From positions 69,861 through 133,860 of IMG/VR virus record IMGVR_UViG_3300049218_000083: DNA of 64,000 nt; one strand, 5' to 3'. The DNA is from a virus. This document shows, in pieces, positions 1 through 9,808 of the stretch. The translations under genes and the position numbers were made by a program. The notes under the pieces were generated by a model that searched no databases, had not been told where the DNA came from, and worked only from the letters and a program-made list of their open reading frames with translations. Each line of letters starts with the position of its first letter. Position 1 is the stretch's first letter.

Positions 1-2033
1 AGGTAGAATCCTGGGTATTGGATCAAACCGTTCAAGAATATAGCATTTGCCTTTGCCAAACCGTTTCCATACGTGATAACATTGTTTGACACAGCTGTAT
101 TAATCGTAGCATTGATGACCTGATTATCAGACAATGTCATGACAAGGTTGGCGAACACATTAATGCCGCCACGGTAGTTGTACAGACGCAATACGTTAGT
201 GGTGCTGTTCAGGCTGTCCACGTATGCTGTGTACGTTGCAGAGTTAGCACTGGTTCCCTGATAGATGATGACGTCGTTGGCTGGAACCTGGTTCAGAGCC
301 AATGGGTTGATAGTGACGTCCTGAATACGCAAGCTGACATTTGGTGCAGCGATGTAGTCAAATCCACGGTTGACAAGGTTGAAATCAAGGATCTGACCAA
401 TTTGACTTACACCAAGAGTGACGTTAGCACCCTGGCCGAAACCATATGGCTTCAAGTTTGCTCCAGAGCCTGCTGACACATTGTGGCTGTTGGTGCTGTT
501 AGCGATGTACAAGCCAACATTTGGCAAGCCGATGTAACCAGCGCCACGGTTGGTGACGATGACTTGCGTGATGACCCCACCGACTGTGATGAAGTTGAAC
601 GCAGCACCATAGCCGATAGCTGTGTTTGTGTAGATCTTGTCAGTGGTATTTGAATATCCATTTCCGCCGTTCAGAACCTGAACAGCAGCAAACATGCCCA
701 AGTCATCGATGTTCTGGAATGTTTGGTTGGCAGTTGGGTCATCAGCCTCAATCAAAGCATTGGTCAAATCTGTGTAATATACGACTTCGGTTTGGATGCT
801 TGGAACCTTACCATATCCGCCACCACCCTGAATAACATTCATGGTCTTTATAGGCGCGAACTGAAGGTTGGCATATGTCAATGCCTGGCCAATCTGTGTG
901 TTAGCGTTTGTGTATGAGCAGTTCGTGAATCCCCACTGATTAGCTGCACCAGGAGAGCCAATTACGACGTTGGCGTGAAACTCAATACAGTCCGTGTTGA
1001 CGTTGACGAAGATTTCGTTGGCTGTGTCCAAAGATGAAACGATAGCCTGTGCACCAACACCGTTGTCACCAGGTGCGGCAACAAAGGTTACGATGGTGTT
1101 TGGGTTTTGGCGGTAGTCGTAACCGCCGAATACAACATTGATAGATGTCACAGAACCAGTCGTGACGTTTCCAACATAGGCGATAGCCTTCTGTGCGGAT
1201 GGATCGTTTGGCTCAAGACCGTTGGTCAATACGACTGGGTCACCAGTGACGTACAGCAAACCTTGGTTGTGTGGATCAATGATGATGTTAGACAGCGCAG
1301 CAATAATCTTTTCTTCAAAGATCAAAGCGTTGCCGGTAGCATCCGTGCCATAGTTGATGATCAAATTTTCAAGGTCATCGAATGGCTGTGTAACCTGGGA
1401 GACGTAAACTTCAACAATCTCAAATCCAAGGTTTGGATCCACGACCTTGTTGACAGATTCGATGACACACTGTGCACCAGAGTTTGAACCAACACCAATA
1501 CGCTGCACAAGCTCCTGTACAGGGAAGTTCAAGTTTTGGGTATCAAGTAGCAGACGCAATGCTTGTGGCTGCGTCCACTTACCGTCAGACAGCTTGAGGA
1601 TGTTGTTCTTTGGGAAGTAGATATCAGCTTGCTTGCCGTACAGAACCTGGAACAGAAACTGGATAGACTGCGGAGTTCCTTTCTGGATGTAGAACTGGCG
1701 CGCGATCTTTATCAGCTTACGTTCGTCGAGGACTACGTCGTTTGGGAAGTAAGGCAAGAAATCATTGATGAAATACTGAATGAAACTGTCGAGAGTGGTG
1801 TCGACGTCTTTGTAGTTCAAAAGGTTTTTGGCATTGTAGACTACGCTGCTGCCGTTTGGAGTTGGCAGAACCTGCTGTTCAAGGAACTCGTAGTATGCTT
1901 GCAAGAACGCAACGAATGCTGGTGATCCTTCGCGTACAAACTCAGGGAACTGTGTTGAGATGAATGTGCTAACAATTGGTGCTATGACATTCGCGTCAAA
2001 CGTGTTTTGGAATGGTGGAACCACTGTGCTCAT
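1..2033 (-). CDS. gp7: Baseplate wedge gp7-like protein (partial, runs off window start)
   Basis: ATG at 2033 overlaps gp6 stop (TAATG); N-term STQFPEFVREGSPAFVAFLQAYYEFLE; frame spot-checked open at the window edge (NGLAKANAIFLNGLIQYPGFY). Confidence 0.75.
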   Translation of the reverse strand, partial: MSTVVPPFQNTFDANVIAPIVSTFISTQFPEFVREGSPAFVAFLQAYYEFLEQQVLPTPNGSSVVYNAKNLLNYKDVDTTLDSFIQYFINDFLPYFPNDVVLDERKLIKIARQFYIQKGTPQSIQFLFQVLYGKQADIYFPKNNILKLSDGKWTQPQALRLLLDTQNLNFPVQELVQRIGVGSNSGAQCVIESVNKVVDPNLGFEIVEVYVSQVTQPFDDLENLIINYGTDATGNALIFEEKIIAALSNIIIDPHNQGLLYVTGDPVVLTNGLEPNDPSAQKAIAYVGNVTTGSVTSINVVFGGYDYRQNPNTIVTFVAAPGDNGVGAQAIVSSLDTANEIFVNVNTDCIEFHANVVIGSPGAANQWGFTNCSYTNANTQIGQALTYANLQFAPIKTMNVIQGGGGYGKVPSIQTEVVYYTDLTNALIEADDPTANQTFQNIDDLGMFAAVQVLNGGNGYSNTTDKIYTNTAIGYGAAFNFITVGGVITQVIVTNRGAGYIGLPNVGLYIANSTNSHNVSAGSGANLKPYGFGQGANVTLGVSQIGQILDFNLVNRGFDYIAAPNVSLRIQDVTINPLALNQVPANDVIIYQGTSANSATYTAYVDSLNSTTNVLRLYNYRGGINVFANLVMTLSDNQVINATINTAVSNNVITYGNGLAKANAIFLNGLIQYPGFY

Positions 2034-4102
2034 TAGTAACTGTTCTCATCGTTCAAGCTGACGGTCACTGCGTTCACGTCAGTTGGATCAAGAGTCAAGA
2101 TGATCTCGTTGTTGGAACCGAAGGTCAAATTCTGTGGTGGAACGAAGAAGCTGATCACGCCCAACTGATCGTTAACAGCGATTGGGGTGAAGTTGTTCAG
2201 AGTGATTACACCGTTAAGATAGTCGATCGTTCCTGCGTTTGGATTGATGATCGTTTTGTTGTTGTTCTGGTCGAAGTAGTAAGATCGTAGCACACCATAC
2301 TGGCCTTGTAGGACAGCGGTGAATTCAGCACCGATACCACCGCCACCATTAGCAGTCACGGTTGCTGTAGTGTATTCAGAACCTGCATTGTCAATGGTTA
2401 CAGAGTTGACAACACCATTCACAATCGTCGCGATAGCGTTTGCGCCTTGTCCATCACCTTCGATAATCAGTGCTGGAGCAGAAGTGTATCCAGAACCTGG
2501 AATCGTGATGAGAATATCATCCAAGCCAGAGTAGCTGTTTGGAGTTTCTTCGATGTATGTTGAACGCGCAGTTCCGCCGGCATCAAGGATGGTGAAGGTT
2601 GGAGATGTGTACAAGTGACGGTTTGCGGTTCCTGGCTGAATCTGACAACCAGTGTTCATGACATATGTCTGTGGTGCATTCAAAGCTGGAATCAACTTCT
2701 TCTGCAAGAACACATTGACGGTAGATGACAGGACTGAATTTTCAGAATCATCGACAGCACGTAACAAACGAGACTGACGGAATTCGCTGTTGAACGTGTT
2801 GAAGTTCAGAGCCGCATACTGCTGGACAGCATTGACAATGGTTGTAGTCAGCTGAGATGAAGTCAAAGTGGTTTGGGTTGAATCGTAGTCGACATCGAAT
2901 GACAAGTAGAGATAGTTGTAGTCGGCGTTGACAAATTCTGGAGTGACAGTCAAAATGCTGATTGGGCTGATGACATCCTGAATCAAAGCCTGTTGCTGTT
3001 GAACGGTTACACCGAAACCATTCTTTGGCTTGGCACTGATGTAAACCTTTCCGTAGACTGGTGGGTTTAGAGTTTCACCACCCCATACGGTAACAGCATC
3101 AAAATACGGATAGTTCTTGTTGATCAAAGCGATGTAGTCATTTACGGTGACAGCACGGTTTTGAGCAATGTAACTCTTTGGTGCTGAGAACTTGATGGAA
3201 GCAACGTCTTCAATTGGTGTACCACCGAAACTTGACTGAACAGTTGTCACGCTAGAAACAGATCCGGAAAGCAACTGGCTCTGCAAGGCAAAACCTTCAA
3301 GACCATTGGCCGCATCTGCACTGGTTGTGATGTATGAGATTACAACGATGTTACCATCCTGAAGAGTAGCACCGATAACCCCATCACCAAAATAGATGTT
3401 GTAAGAAGCATTCGCACCTTCTTCAACGAAGTAGACGTTTGCGTTAGCATCGATTGTGGTCAAATCTGTAGCAAGCGTGTATGTTTGCTTGCTTGTGTTA
3501 GTCTGAGATGTCTGTACGATAACCTCGAATGACTGCGTGTCAACGTTTGCATCTGCAATGTTGAACGTAGATGTTGGATTCGTAGAGCTATCCATGATGA
3601 AAGTCTTGACGACTGGTGATCCTTCAAGAATTTCTACGTTGTTGAAATTGAATGTGTTTCCAGCCACTGAAACGGTTGTATCGTCAATCGTTACGAAATT
3701 GTATGAAGAGCCGTCGAGAGCAGAAGATGAGAACTGGCTGAAACGTGGAAGAGTCAAGATTGACGTGTTGTCACTGTTGGCCCTTGTGATAGCAACATTC
3801 ACTGTTGCCTGTGAGGCGACTGCTGATCGTGGCGTGTAGCCCAATGCCTTAGCATGTGAAACAACGGTGCTACGAAGAACAGCTGTGTCAAGGAACATTT
3901 CATTAGCGACAAGATTAAGATAAATCGCGTTATAATGCGTATTATAGGCCAACAAATCAATCAAAACATTGAACGCACTTCCAGTGAAATCATAATCTTG
4001 AAACTGTTCTTGACTTTGTAGGAATGTAATGAGATTCTGCTTGATTGTGTCAAAGTCCAACGAAGTCAACATTAATTTAGATGTGTTAGCAGTGGTTCCC
4101 AT
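2033..4102 (-). CDS. gp6: Baseplate wedge subunit gp6
   Basis: LDFDTIKQNL..DYDFTGS..LLAYNTHYN; APKSYIAQNRAVTVNDY; WGGE..PPVYGKVYIS. Confidence 0.93.
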   Translation of the reverse strand: MGTTANTSKLMLTSLDFDTIKQNLITFLQSQEQFQDYDFTGSAFNVLIDLLAYNTHYNAIYLNLVANEMFLDTAVLRSTVVSHAKALGYTPRSAVASQATVNVAITRANSDNTSILTLPRFSQFSSSALDGSSYNFVTIDDTTVSVAGNTFNFNNVEILEGSPVVKTFIMDSSTNPTSTFNIADANVDTQSFEVIVQTSQTNTSKQTYTLATDLTTIDANANVYFVEEGANASYNIYFGDGVIGATLQDGNIVVISYITTSADAANGLEGFALQSQLLSGSVSSVTTVQSSFGGTPIEDVASIKFSAPKSYIAQNRAVTVNDYIALINKNYPYFDAVTVWGGETLNPPVYGKVYISAKPKNGFGVTVQQQQALIQDVISPISILTVTPEFVNADYNYLYLSFDVDYDSTQTTLTSSQLTTTIVNAVQQYAALNFNTFNSEFRQSRLLRAVDDSENSVLSSTVNVFLQKKLIPALNAPQTYVMNTGCQIQPGTANRHLYTSPTFTILDAGGTARSTYIEETPNSYSGLDDILITIPGSGYTSAPALIIEGDGQGANAIATIVNGVVNSVTIDNAGSEYTTATVTANGGGGIGAEFTAVLQGQYGVLRSYYFDQNNNKTIINPNAGTIDYLNGVITLNNFTPIAVNDQLGVISFFVPPQNLTFGSNNEIILTLDPTDVNAVTVSLNDENSY

Positions 4103-4590
4103 TATTCTTTACTCTTACAATTATCGAAGTGGTATCTCTTCATCACTGGACCTTTCCCTTGTTTGTCACAGTGTGGACAGCTTACCAAAGGATGTGGATG
4201 GTAATTTCCTCTGTTGCCTACACCATACTGATTTCCTTGATGGGATCGGCTAATCTTTTCATTTGCTTCCTTGGTTCTTGTCCAAGGACCTTTCTTGTTA
4301 ACGTATGGTCGACCTTTCAATTTAGCAGACATCTTTGCTCGGTATTCAGGAGTCTTCACATATGACATATCTCGATTCTTAATTCCCTCACGCAAAGCTA
4401 TCAGTCTTCCTTCTTCACCAGTAACTCGACCAGATAACATCTCCCAAGCCAATTCATCTTGCCATCTACCATGCTGCTCGAACAGCACACGATGAGCCTC
4501 AGCGTGTTGCTCTATAGTCAATTCCACAAGGTTAGATGGATCGTCGGATCCACCAGCATGCCTTGGGTTTATGTGATGTAAATGGTTCAA
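4102..4590 (-). CDS. HNH homing endonuclease-like protein
   Basis: HHINPRHAGGSDDPSNLVELTIEQHAEAH; C-terminal CPHC..RYHFDNCK. Confidence 0.8.
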   Translation of the reverse strand: MNHLHHINPRHAGGSDDPSNLVELTIEQHAEAHRVLFEQHGRWQDELAWEMLSGRVTGEEGRLIALREGIKNRDMSYVKTPEYRAKMSAKLKGRPYVNKKGPWTRTKEANEKISRSHQGNQYGVGNRGNYHPHPLVSCPHCDKQGKGPVMKRYHFDNCKSKE

Positions 4591-5000
4591 CGAAGCCTCT
4601 CAAGGAACACTTGTATCTGAATTGGAGTTTGTATGCCACCAGCTACAGAAAACACGATTGTCACCTGGTATCCGTCCAATTGCGTGGATGCCTGTACGAT
4701 GATGTTCAGGACTTCCGCGCGAGGTTCAAAGTTTTGAAGCACGTCACCGATTTCCTTGGACAACAAATTAGCTGTAACACCATCGACAAGTTCAAACAAC
4801 AGCTTGCGAACGTTGCCACCGATTTCTGGGTGGAATGGTCGTTCGTAGTGATTCGTGGACACCAGGTTAACGATGGACTGAACCACGCTGTTAACACCAG
4901 TCACTTTCAGCAAATCACCAGTGATTGGGTGTGCTTGAAAATCAATGTCAAAATCTGAATAAGTGCGTGTTTGTAGAGGTGTTGATAAATTATTTGCCAT
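4587..5000 (-). CDS. gp25: Baseplate wedge subunit gp25
   Basis: YSDFDIDF..HPITGDL..ERPFHPEIGG..FEPRAEV. Confidence 0.92.
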   Translation of the reverse strand: MANNLSTPLQTRTYSDFDIDFQAHPITGDLLKVTGVNSVVQSIVNLVSTNHYERPFHPEIGGNVRKLLFELVDGVTANLLSKEIGDVLQNFEPRAEVLNIIVQASTQLDGYQVTIVFSVAGGIQTPIQIQVFLERLR

Positions 5001-5498
5001 TTAGCAGAACCTCCCATTGTTGTCTTTGTTACTATTTAGACCTTTTGTTCTACCGAAATTCCAACCAGTTGGTAGTTGGCCATTCTTTTTCATGGTTTTA
5101 TCTGTTACACCATCAGTAATCCATCTGAATCCACCATGGTTATGATGAGCTGAACCACTCAATGGTTTTGGTGGATTGACATGAGTCCCAAGTTGTTTTC
5201 TTGTCTCGTATGCCTTTCTACCTGATTCTAATGTTGTCTTTGGTGGAATTTTCCCACCAACAGTCATGTTGTAGTTCCAAGGATGCTTTATGAATTCTTC
5301 CGTGACAATTTCAGCTTCCTTGGCATATGCCTCTTCAGCTGTTATGAAAGCTGTTATTCCATATTTCTTAACAGCTCTCTTTAGGTGTTTTCCGGAGCCA
5401 AAATATCCATCAAATTCGTATGGTTGTTCTTGTTCATGTACTCCGATGTACACTTTTCCTGTGGCAATATGAGTGGTGATGTAAACTATGTGGGGCAT
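5001..5498 (-). CDS. GIY-YIG (Seg-like) homing endonuclease, possibly internally deleted
   Basis: IVYITTHIATGKVYIGVH..GYFGSG..YNMTVGG; start re-assigned to MPHIVY. Confidence 0.75.
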   Translation of the reverse strand: MPHIVYITTHIATGKVYIGVHEQEQPYEFDGYFGSGKHLKRAVKKYGITAFITAEEAYAKEAEIVTEEFIKHPWNYNMTVGGKIPPKTTLESGRKAYETRKQLGTHVNPPKPLSGSAHHNHGGFRWITDGVTDKTMKKNGQLPTGWNFGRTKGLNSNKDNNGRFC

Positions 5499-5509
5499 TT
5501 CGTATTTTA

Positions 5510-7522
5510 TCAAGTTAGGAACAGAGCGCGCTCGTTGTTGCGACGAGTCGTAAGTCCTGGAAGCACCTCTCCGCCACCCTTGTTCCAAAGCAAGAATGCG
5601 TTGCCAGCCTTACACCACTGCTGCTGGTTGATGAACTTAAGAACGGAGCTCTTCTTCCAGTTGTTAGGACCGATGTTGTAGATCAGGCTCAAGCATGCGT
5701 CGATCATGTTCTGTGTCAATCCGACTGTTACAGTCTGTTGTAGGATTGGTAGGAACTCATTGTTCACTGCGTCGGTCAAGTATTCCTGTGCGGTTTCGCG
5801 ACTGATCAATTCACCGAGCGTGACTGGCTTGCCAATAGCGACGGCTGTAGTTCCATAGCCGATTGTAAGAGGCTCACCACCCGTTGCTGGGTCTGGGTAA
5901 GCAGTGACCATATTAGGAGACACAACCTTTGCAAAGCCTTCTGCTGACTGTATAAGTGCCAGACCATTTTGCGTGATAGCGAACTGAGACTGATTCGTAA
6001 TGAATGTCTTGGTAGACGCATCGTATGTGCAGTTGCTCGTATTGACGTTGGCCGTGTTGGCGTCTGGTGTGATAAGGTTGTTGTTCGCAACAGTGTTGTT
6101 AGCGCCAGGCACCAAGAACTGACGCTGAACGTATGCGACGCCAGTGACTGGGTCCAATTGAACCTCGGTGATGTCGAATGGAATTGGGACTTCTTCTGGT
6201 GGAGCCACGCCAGTGTTCTTCGTAAGCGCAGCCATGCCACCTGGGATACCAGCAGCTGCACCTGCCTGAGGTGAACCAGCACCACTGGCGGTTGGAGCAC
6301 CCTGATTAACACTGATCAATTCAGCGATTTGAACGGCACCACTGATTCCAACGGTTGCACCCGTCAACGCTGCCTGACCTGACGCAAGCAAGTTTACATC
6401 AGAACCTTGCGCGTTGAAATCACCACCAGCATTCATATTCAAATCACCACCAGAGCCGATGGTTGTTACACCAGAAGAAACATCAATGCTGTTCTGGCCA
6501 GTCACGAACACTTGATCACCGATCAACGTCGCGTCTTCATCTGCTGACAAATTGACGCTCTTGGCTTGAACATTGAACGAGCCACCAACAGAGAAATCAA
6601 CGTCACCAGCAACGTTGGCGGTCATCTTTCCACCACTCTCAAGGATTACGTCACCTTTGACCCTGATGTAAGCATCGGAGTCAACTGTGATAGCAACTCG
6701 GCCCATAACGTGGATGTTGTCATCACCCATGACGATCGTGTAACGACTTCGTGTGATCTTTTCAACTTTGGTTCCTGTGGGATACCATTCCATGAAAGAT
6801 CCGCTTCTGTGAGCAATATGGATACGTTCTGATCCAGGGGTATCATCATACTCAATGACGTGCCCTGATTCTGTGACTGTAGCGTTGTCATATGGATACT
6901 CCGGATTGTATGCAGGGTACGGTTCGGACCATCGATAATTATTTGCTGAGACCACATTCTTATCTAGATTGTTCTTACGAGCGGCAATCACAGTGTTCGC
7001 AAGATTTTGGTATCTTGCGACACCAGAAACGGTTGGTTGGTTGAGCTCGTCTGCGTTTGGATGACGCAAAGACTCAAGGACTGCTGGATCAGCAGTGTTA
7101 GCTTCGTTGATGACTATGCCAGAGCCATCAGTGTTGTATACTCTGGAGACTGGAACCTTTGGCGCGAGCGCAATAACTGACTCTGGACGAAGATCATGGA
7201 AACCTGATCCAACGTTTGGTGGGTTGCTTTCGATACCTGGAAGCACGCCGATAACCAAAGGCATTTGCTTGGACCCATCTAGCCATACACCGAAAACAAC
7301 TTCGGACTCTTTTGGTGTTGAGAAACTCTTGCCGTTCTCACCCTGGATTATCGGAGCCCACGGTAAGTCCGATGAAGGAATTTCAGCCAACGACGGATTA
7401 TGTACGCCATAGATACGCACCTGTACGCGACCCAACTCTAGAGGGTCTTGACGTGATTCTACGACTCCAGTAAAGAAACCCTGGAAGTCTTCACCTGAGA
7501 ACCACTTATTGATTGTTGCCAT
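5510..7522 (-). CDS. gp5: Baseplate hub/spike gp5-like protein with C-terminal lysozyme domain
   Basis: N-term DPLELGRVQVRIYG OB fold; TESGHVIEYDDTPGSERIHIAHRSG; C-term AEG..AYPDPATGGEPLTIGYG..GLTTRRNNERALF. Confidence 0.9.
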   Translation of the reverse strand: MATINKWFSGEDFQGFFTGVVESRQDPLELGRVQVRIYGVHNPSLAEIPSSDLPWAPIIQGENGKSFSTPKESEVVFGVWLDGSKQMPLVIGVLPGIESNPPNVGSGFHDLRPESVIALAPKVPVSRVYNTDGSGIVINEANTADPAVLESLRHPNADELNQPTVSGVARYQNLANTVIAARKNNLDKNVVSANNYRWSEPYPAYNPEYPYDNATVTESGHVIEYDDTPGSERIHIAHRSGSFMEWYPTGTKVEKITRSRYTIVMGDDNIHVMGRVAITVDSDAYIRVKGDVILESGGKMTANVAGDVDFSVGGSFNVQAKSVNLSADEDATLIGDQVFVTGQNSIDVSSGVTTIGSGGDLNMNAGGDFNAQGSDVNLLASGQAALTGATVGISGAVQIAELISVNQGAPTASGAGSPQAGAAAGIPGGMAALTKNTGVAPPEEVPIPFDITEVQLDPVTGVAYVQRQFLVPGANNTVANNNLITPDANTANVNTSNCTYDASTKTFITNQSQFAITQNGLALIQSAEGFAKVVSPNMVTAYPDPATGGEPLTIGYGTTAVAIGKPVTLGELISRETAQEYLTDAVNNEFLPILQQTVTVGLTQNMIDACLSLIYNIGPNNWKKSSVLKFINQQQWCKAGNAFLLWNKGGGEVLPGLTTRRNNERALFLT

Positions 7523-8823
7523 TATGATTTAACCACGGATTGCAAAGATGGAGAACTGCTTGCTGGTTGGTTGAACGCAGTTGACACGCTATCAGACAAC
7601 AACTCAACGATCGTTGTACTGATGTCAAGAATGAACTTGTGATGAACGCTACTGACCAAATAGTAACCAGTTCGCACTGGGTCATTGGCTGTTGTCTTGT
7701 TCTGAATCTGCATGACTGGAACATTCAAACCGACAACCATTCCAGCCTTCAGCTGAATGTCACCCGGAATTGATCCAACAACCTTGAAGGTATTTAACTG
7801 ACCCAAACGAGAGGCAGTTTGTGGCAACCACTTCTGAACATTTGCTGGGTTGAATGTTGGATCTGAATCCGCCGACAACGTGAATTTCAACATGTTGCCT
7901 TCGGTTTGGTATACAGACTGTCCAAGCCTGTTTTGCAGTTCATTGGATGGCAGATACTGATTCAGGATAGCATTGTTGGCCAATTGCTTGACGTTGAAAT
8001 TGACGGCAGTGTATTTGCGGTTGACAATATCGAAAGTCGCAAGGGTAGATGAGAACGCACCTGACCTGATTGCCTTCAGCATGTCGAAATCCTGAGTAAT
8101 GTTCAGGACAACGAACGTGTTACTGTTCTTGACCGGATCCTGTTCCAACGTAATGTTGTAGCTGTAAACCTGATAAACAGGTTGATTCAGCAATGACTCG
8201 TAAGACACAAAATTGTATCCGTCACGGTTTTCGAAGAACAAGAACAAATTCTTGTTGACTCCGTAGCCGCGAGGTGTCAACCATGAGATAGCTTCAAACG
8301 GAGCCATACGTGGAATGATCATGTCGAAGTTGCCAGATGTCTGTTCAACCTGATGAATCTTCTGAGAAGGAACTTTGAGTTTGTTTTTAAGAAGATCAGT
8401 AATCATCTGATCGATACGCAATCCTTTGTAAGACTTGCTGACCAGGTTTTGCGCTGACACCAGCAATTCTTCAGAACAAAAGTAAAGAGTGTAATTCTGC
8501 AATCCGTTAGAGCCAAGAGAGCGATCGCTGCACTTGTAGATTCGGAATGTCTTGATGATAGGGTTGTTCAGAGATGGCTTATCGATGTTGATTTGCAGGA
8601 ATTCATTGCCGTGCAATTTCAGGTTTGAAATCAAGTCCAACGCATCACCCATAACCAAACTACCTGTCATCACTGCCGTGAAAATGTCTTCGTAGAGGTT
8701 CAATTCAACCATCAAACCTCGAATGTCTGTGACTACACCGTCGCTGGTTACAAGCTGAAGAGTGTTCAACTTGTAGTCGGACGATGCTATCAAACCAGTG
8801 GTATCAGATGCTGTATTTGCCAT
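7522..8823 (-). CDS. Baseplate hub/tail protein (gp27-like)
   Basis: LNLYEDIFTAVMTG..FLFFENRDGYNFVS..IPGD..AGMVV..GYYLVSSVHH; located between gp53 and gp5. Confidence 0.65.
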   Translation of the reverse strand: MANTASDTTGLIASSDYKLNTLQLVTSDGVVTDIRGLMVELNLYEDIFTAVMTGSLVMGDALDLISNLKLHGNEFLQINIDKPSLNNPIIKTFRIYKCSDRSLGSNGLQNYTLYFCSEELLVSAQNLVSKSYKGLRIDQMITDLLKNKLKVPSQKIHQVEQTSGNFDMIIPRMAPFEAISWLTPRGYGVNKNLFLFFENRDGYNFVSYESLLNQPVYQVYSYNITLEQDPVKNSNTFVVLNITQDFDMLKAIRSGAFSSTLATFDIVNRKYTAVNFNVKQLANNAILNQYLPSNELQNRLGQSVYQTEGNMLKFTLSADSDPTFNPANVQKWLPQTASRLGQLNTFKVVGSIPGDIQLKAGMVVGLNVPVMQIQNKTTANDPVRTGYYLVSSVHHKFILDISTTIVELLSDSVSTAFNQPASSSPSLQSVVKS

Positions 8824-8837
8824 GACGAAGGTTTATT

Positions 8838-9512
8838 TTAAGAGCCTAGAAGTGACTGGAATTGCGCCTCAATCTGCGGAGCATATGCTGTGTCAATCAA
8901 GATGATCTCACGCTTTGCCTCGTTAATCGCCACCTGATTATCGTAGGCAGTGACTGCTGTCAAAGTCGTCACGGTTGTGACCAGCGCACCATCTGGAGTG
9001 ATGACGCTGTTATTAGACACGATGACGACTGGATTGTCGATTGTTGGTAGCGTTCTTGGGACCAGCTGATTGGTTGCGAAATTGTAAGTGTATGGTTCTG
9101 GAGTTACCGTTGCGCTGTAAGTTTTGGTATTTGCCACACCATTGATCACCGTTGTAACGGTTTCAGTTTGTTGGTAGACAGCGATCTGAGATTGAGCGTT
9201 TGCTTCGCTTCCGTACGCAGCGATGATGTTGTTAGAGAACGCGTCGTTGTTCAAAACAAAATCAAAGTATGGGTCGATTGCCATGTTCGCAAAAATGACC
9301 ATCCAGTGACGGAGCGGATCACCATAATACTTGAACGCGATACTCTCGATGGTATCTCCATCCTGCATAGCATATTTGTAATACACCAATGAGTTCTGCA
9401 GAACTGAACTGAGAACGTTGACACGCGTGAAGATGTTCGTGAGCGTGTAGAATTCCTGGTTGTCGGGATCGAACGTGTAGTAGAGCGTTGGGAATTGTTC
9501 GAAGTACAGCAT
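8838..9512 (-). CDS. gp53: Baseplate wedge subunit gp53
   Basis: YFEQFP; DGDTIESIAFKYYGD..HWMVIFAN; INEAKREIIL. Confidence 0.88.
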   Translation of the reverse strand: MLYFEQFPTLYYTFDPDNQEFYTLTNIFTRVNVLSSVLQNSLVYYKYAMQDGDTIESIAFKYYGDPLRHWMVIFANMAIDPYFDFVLNNDAFSNNIIAAYGSEANAQSQIAVYQQTETVTTVINGVANTKTYSATVTPEPYTYNFATNQLVPRTLPTIDNPVVIVSNNSVITPDGALVTTVTTLTAVTAYDNQVAINEAKREIILIDTAYAPQIEAQFQSLLGS

Positions 9513-9808
9513 TATGCTACTTTCCTATTGCGATTACCTTTCATAGCTAGTGATTGCTTTCGTTTTTGTTCTTCAGTTACGACTTTACCTTTGTTGGCTC
9601 GACTTTGCGTCAAACGAATTGCCTCTTCGTGACTTATCATTCTAGCCAACCCTTTCCAGGCAATCTCATCTTGCCACAATCCATGTTGTTCAAATAATAC
9701 ACGGTGCGCTTCTGCATGCTCTTCGACAGTAAATTCGATGAGATTAGATGGATCATCTGTTCCGCCCATGTGTTCAGGGATGATATGATGCATATGCTTA
9801 GTAGCCAT
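9512..9808 (-). CDS. Short HNH endonuclease-like protein (paralog of 4102-4590)
   Basis: HHIIPEHMGGTDDPSNLIEFTVEEHAEAHRVLFEQHG; start overlaps gp48 stop. Confidence 0.75.
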   Translation of the reverse strand: MATKHMHHIIPEHMGGTDDPSNLIEFTVEEHAEAHRVLFEQHGLWQDEIAWKGLARMISHEEAIRLTQSRANKGKVVTEEQKRKQSLAMKGNRNRKVA

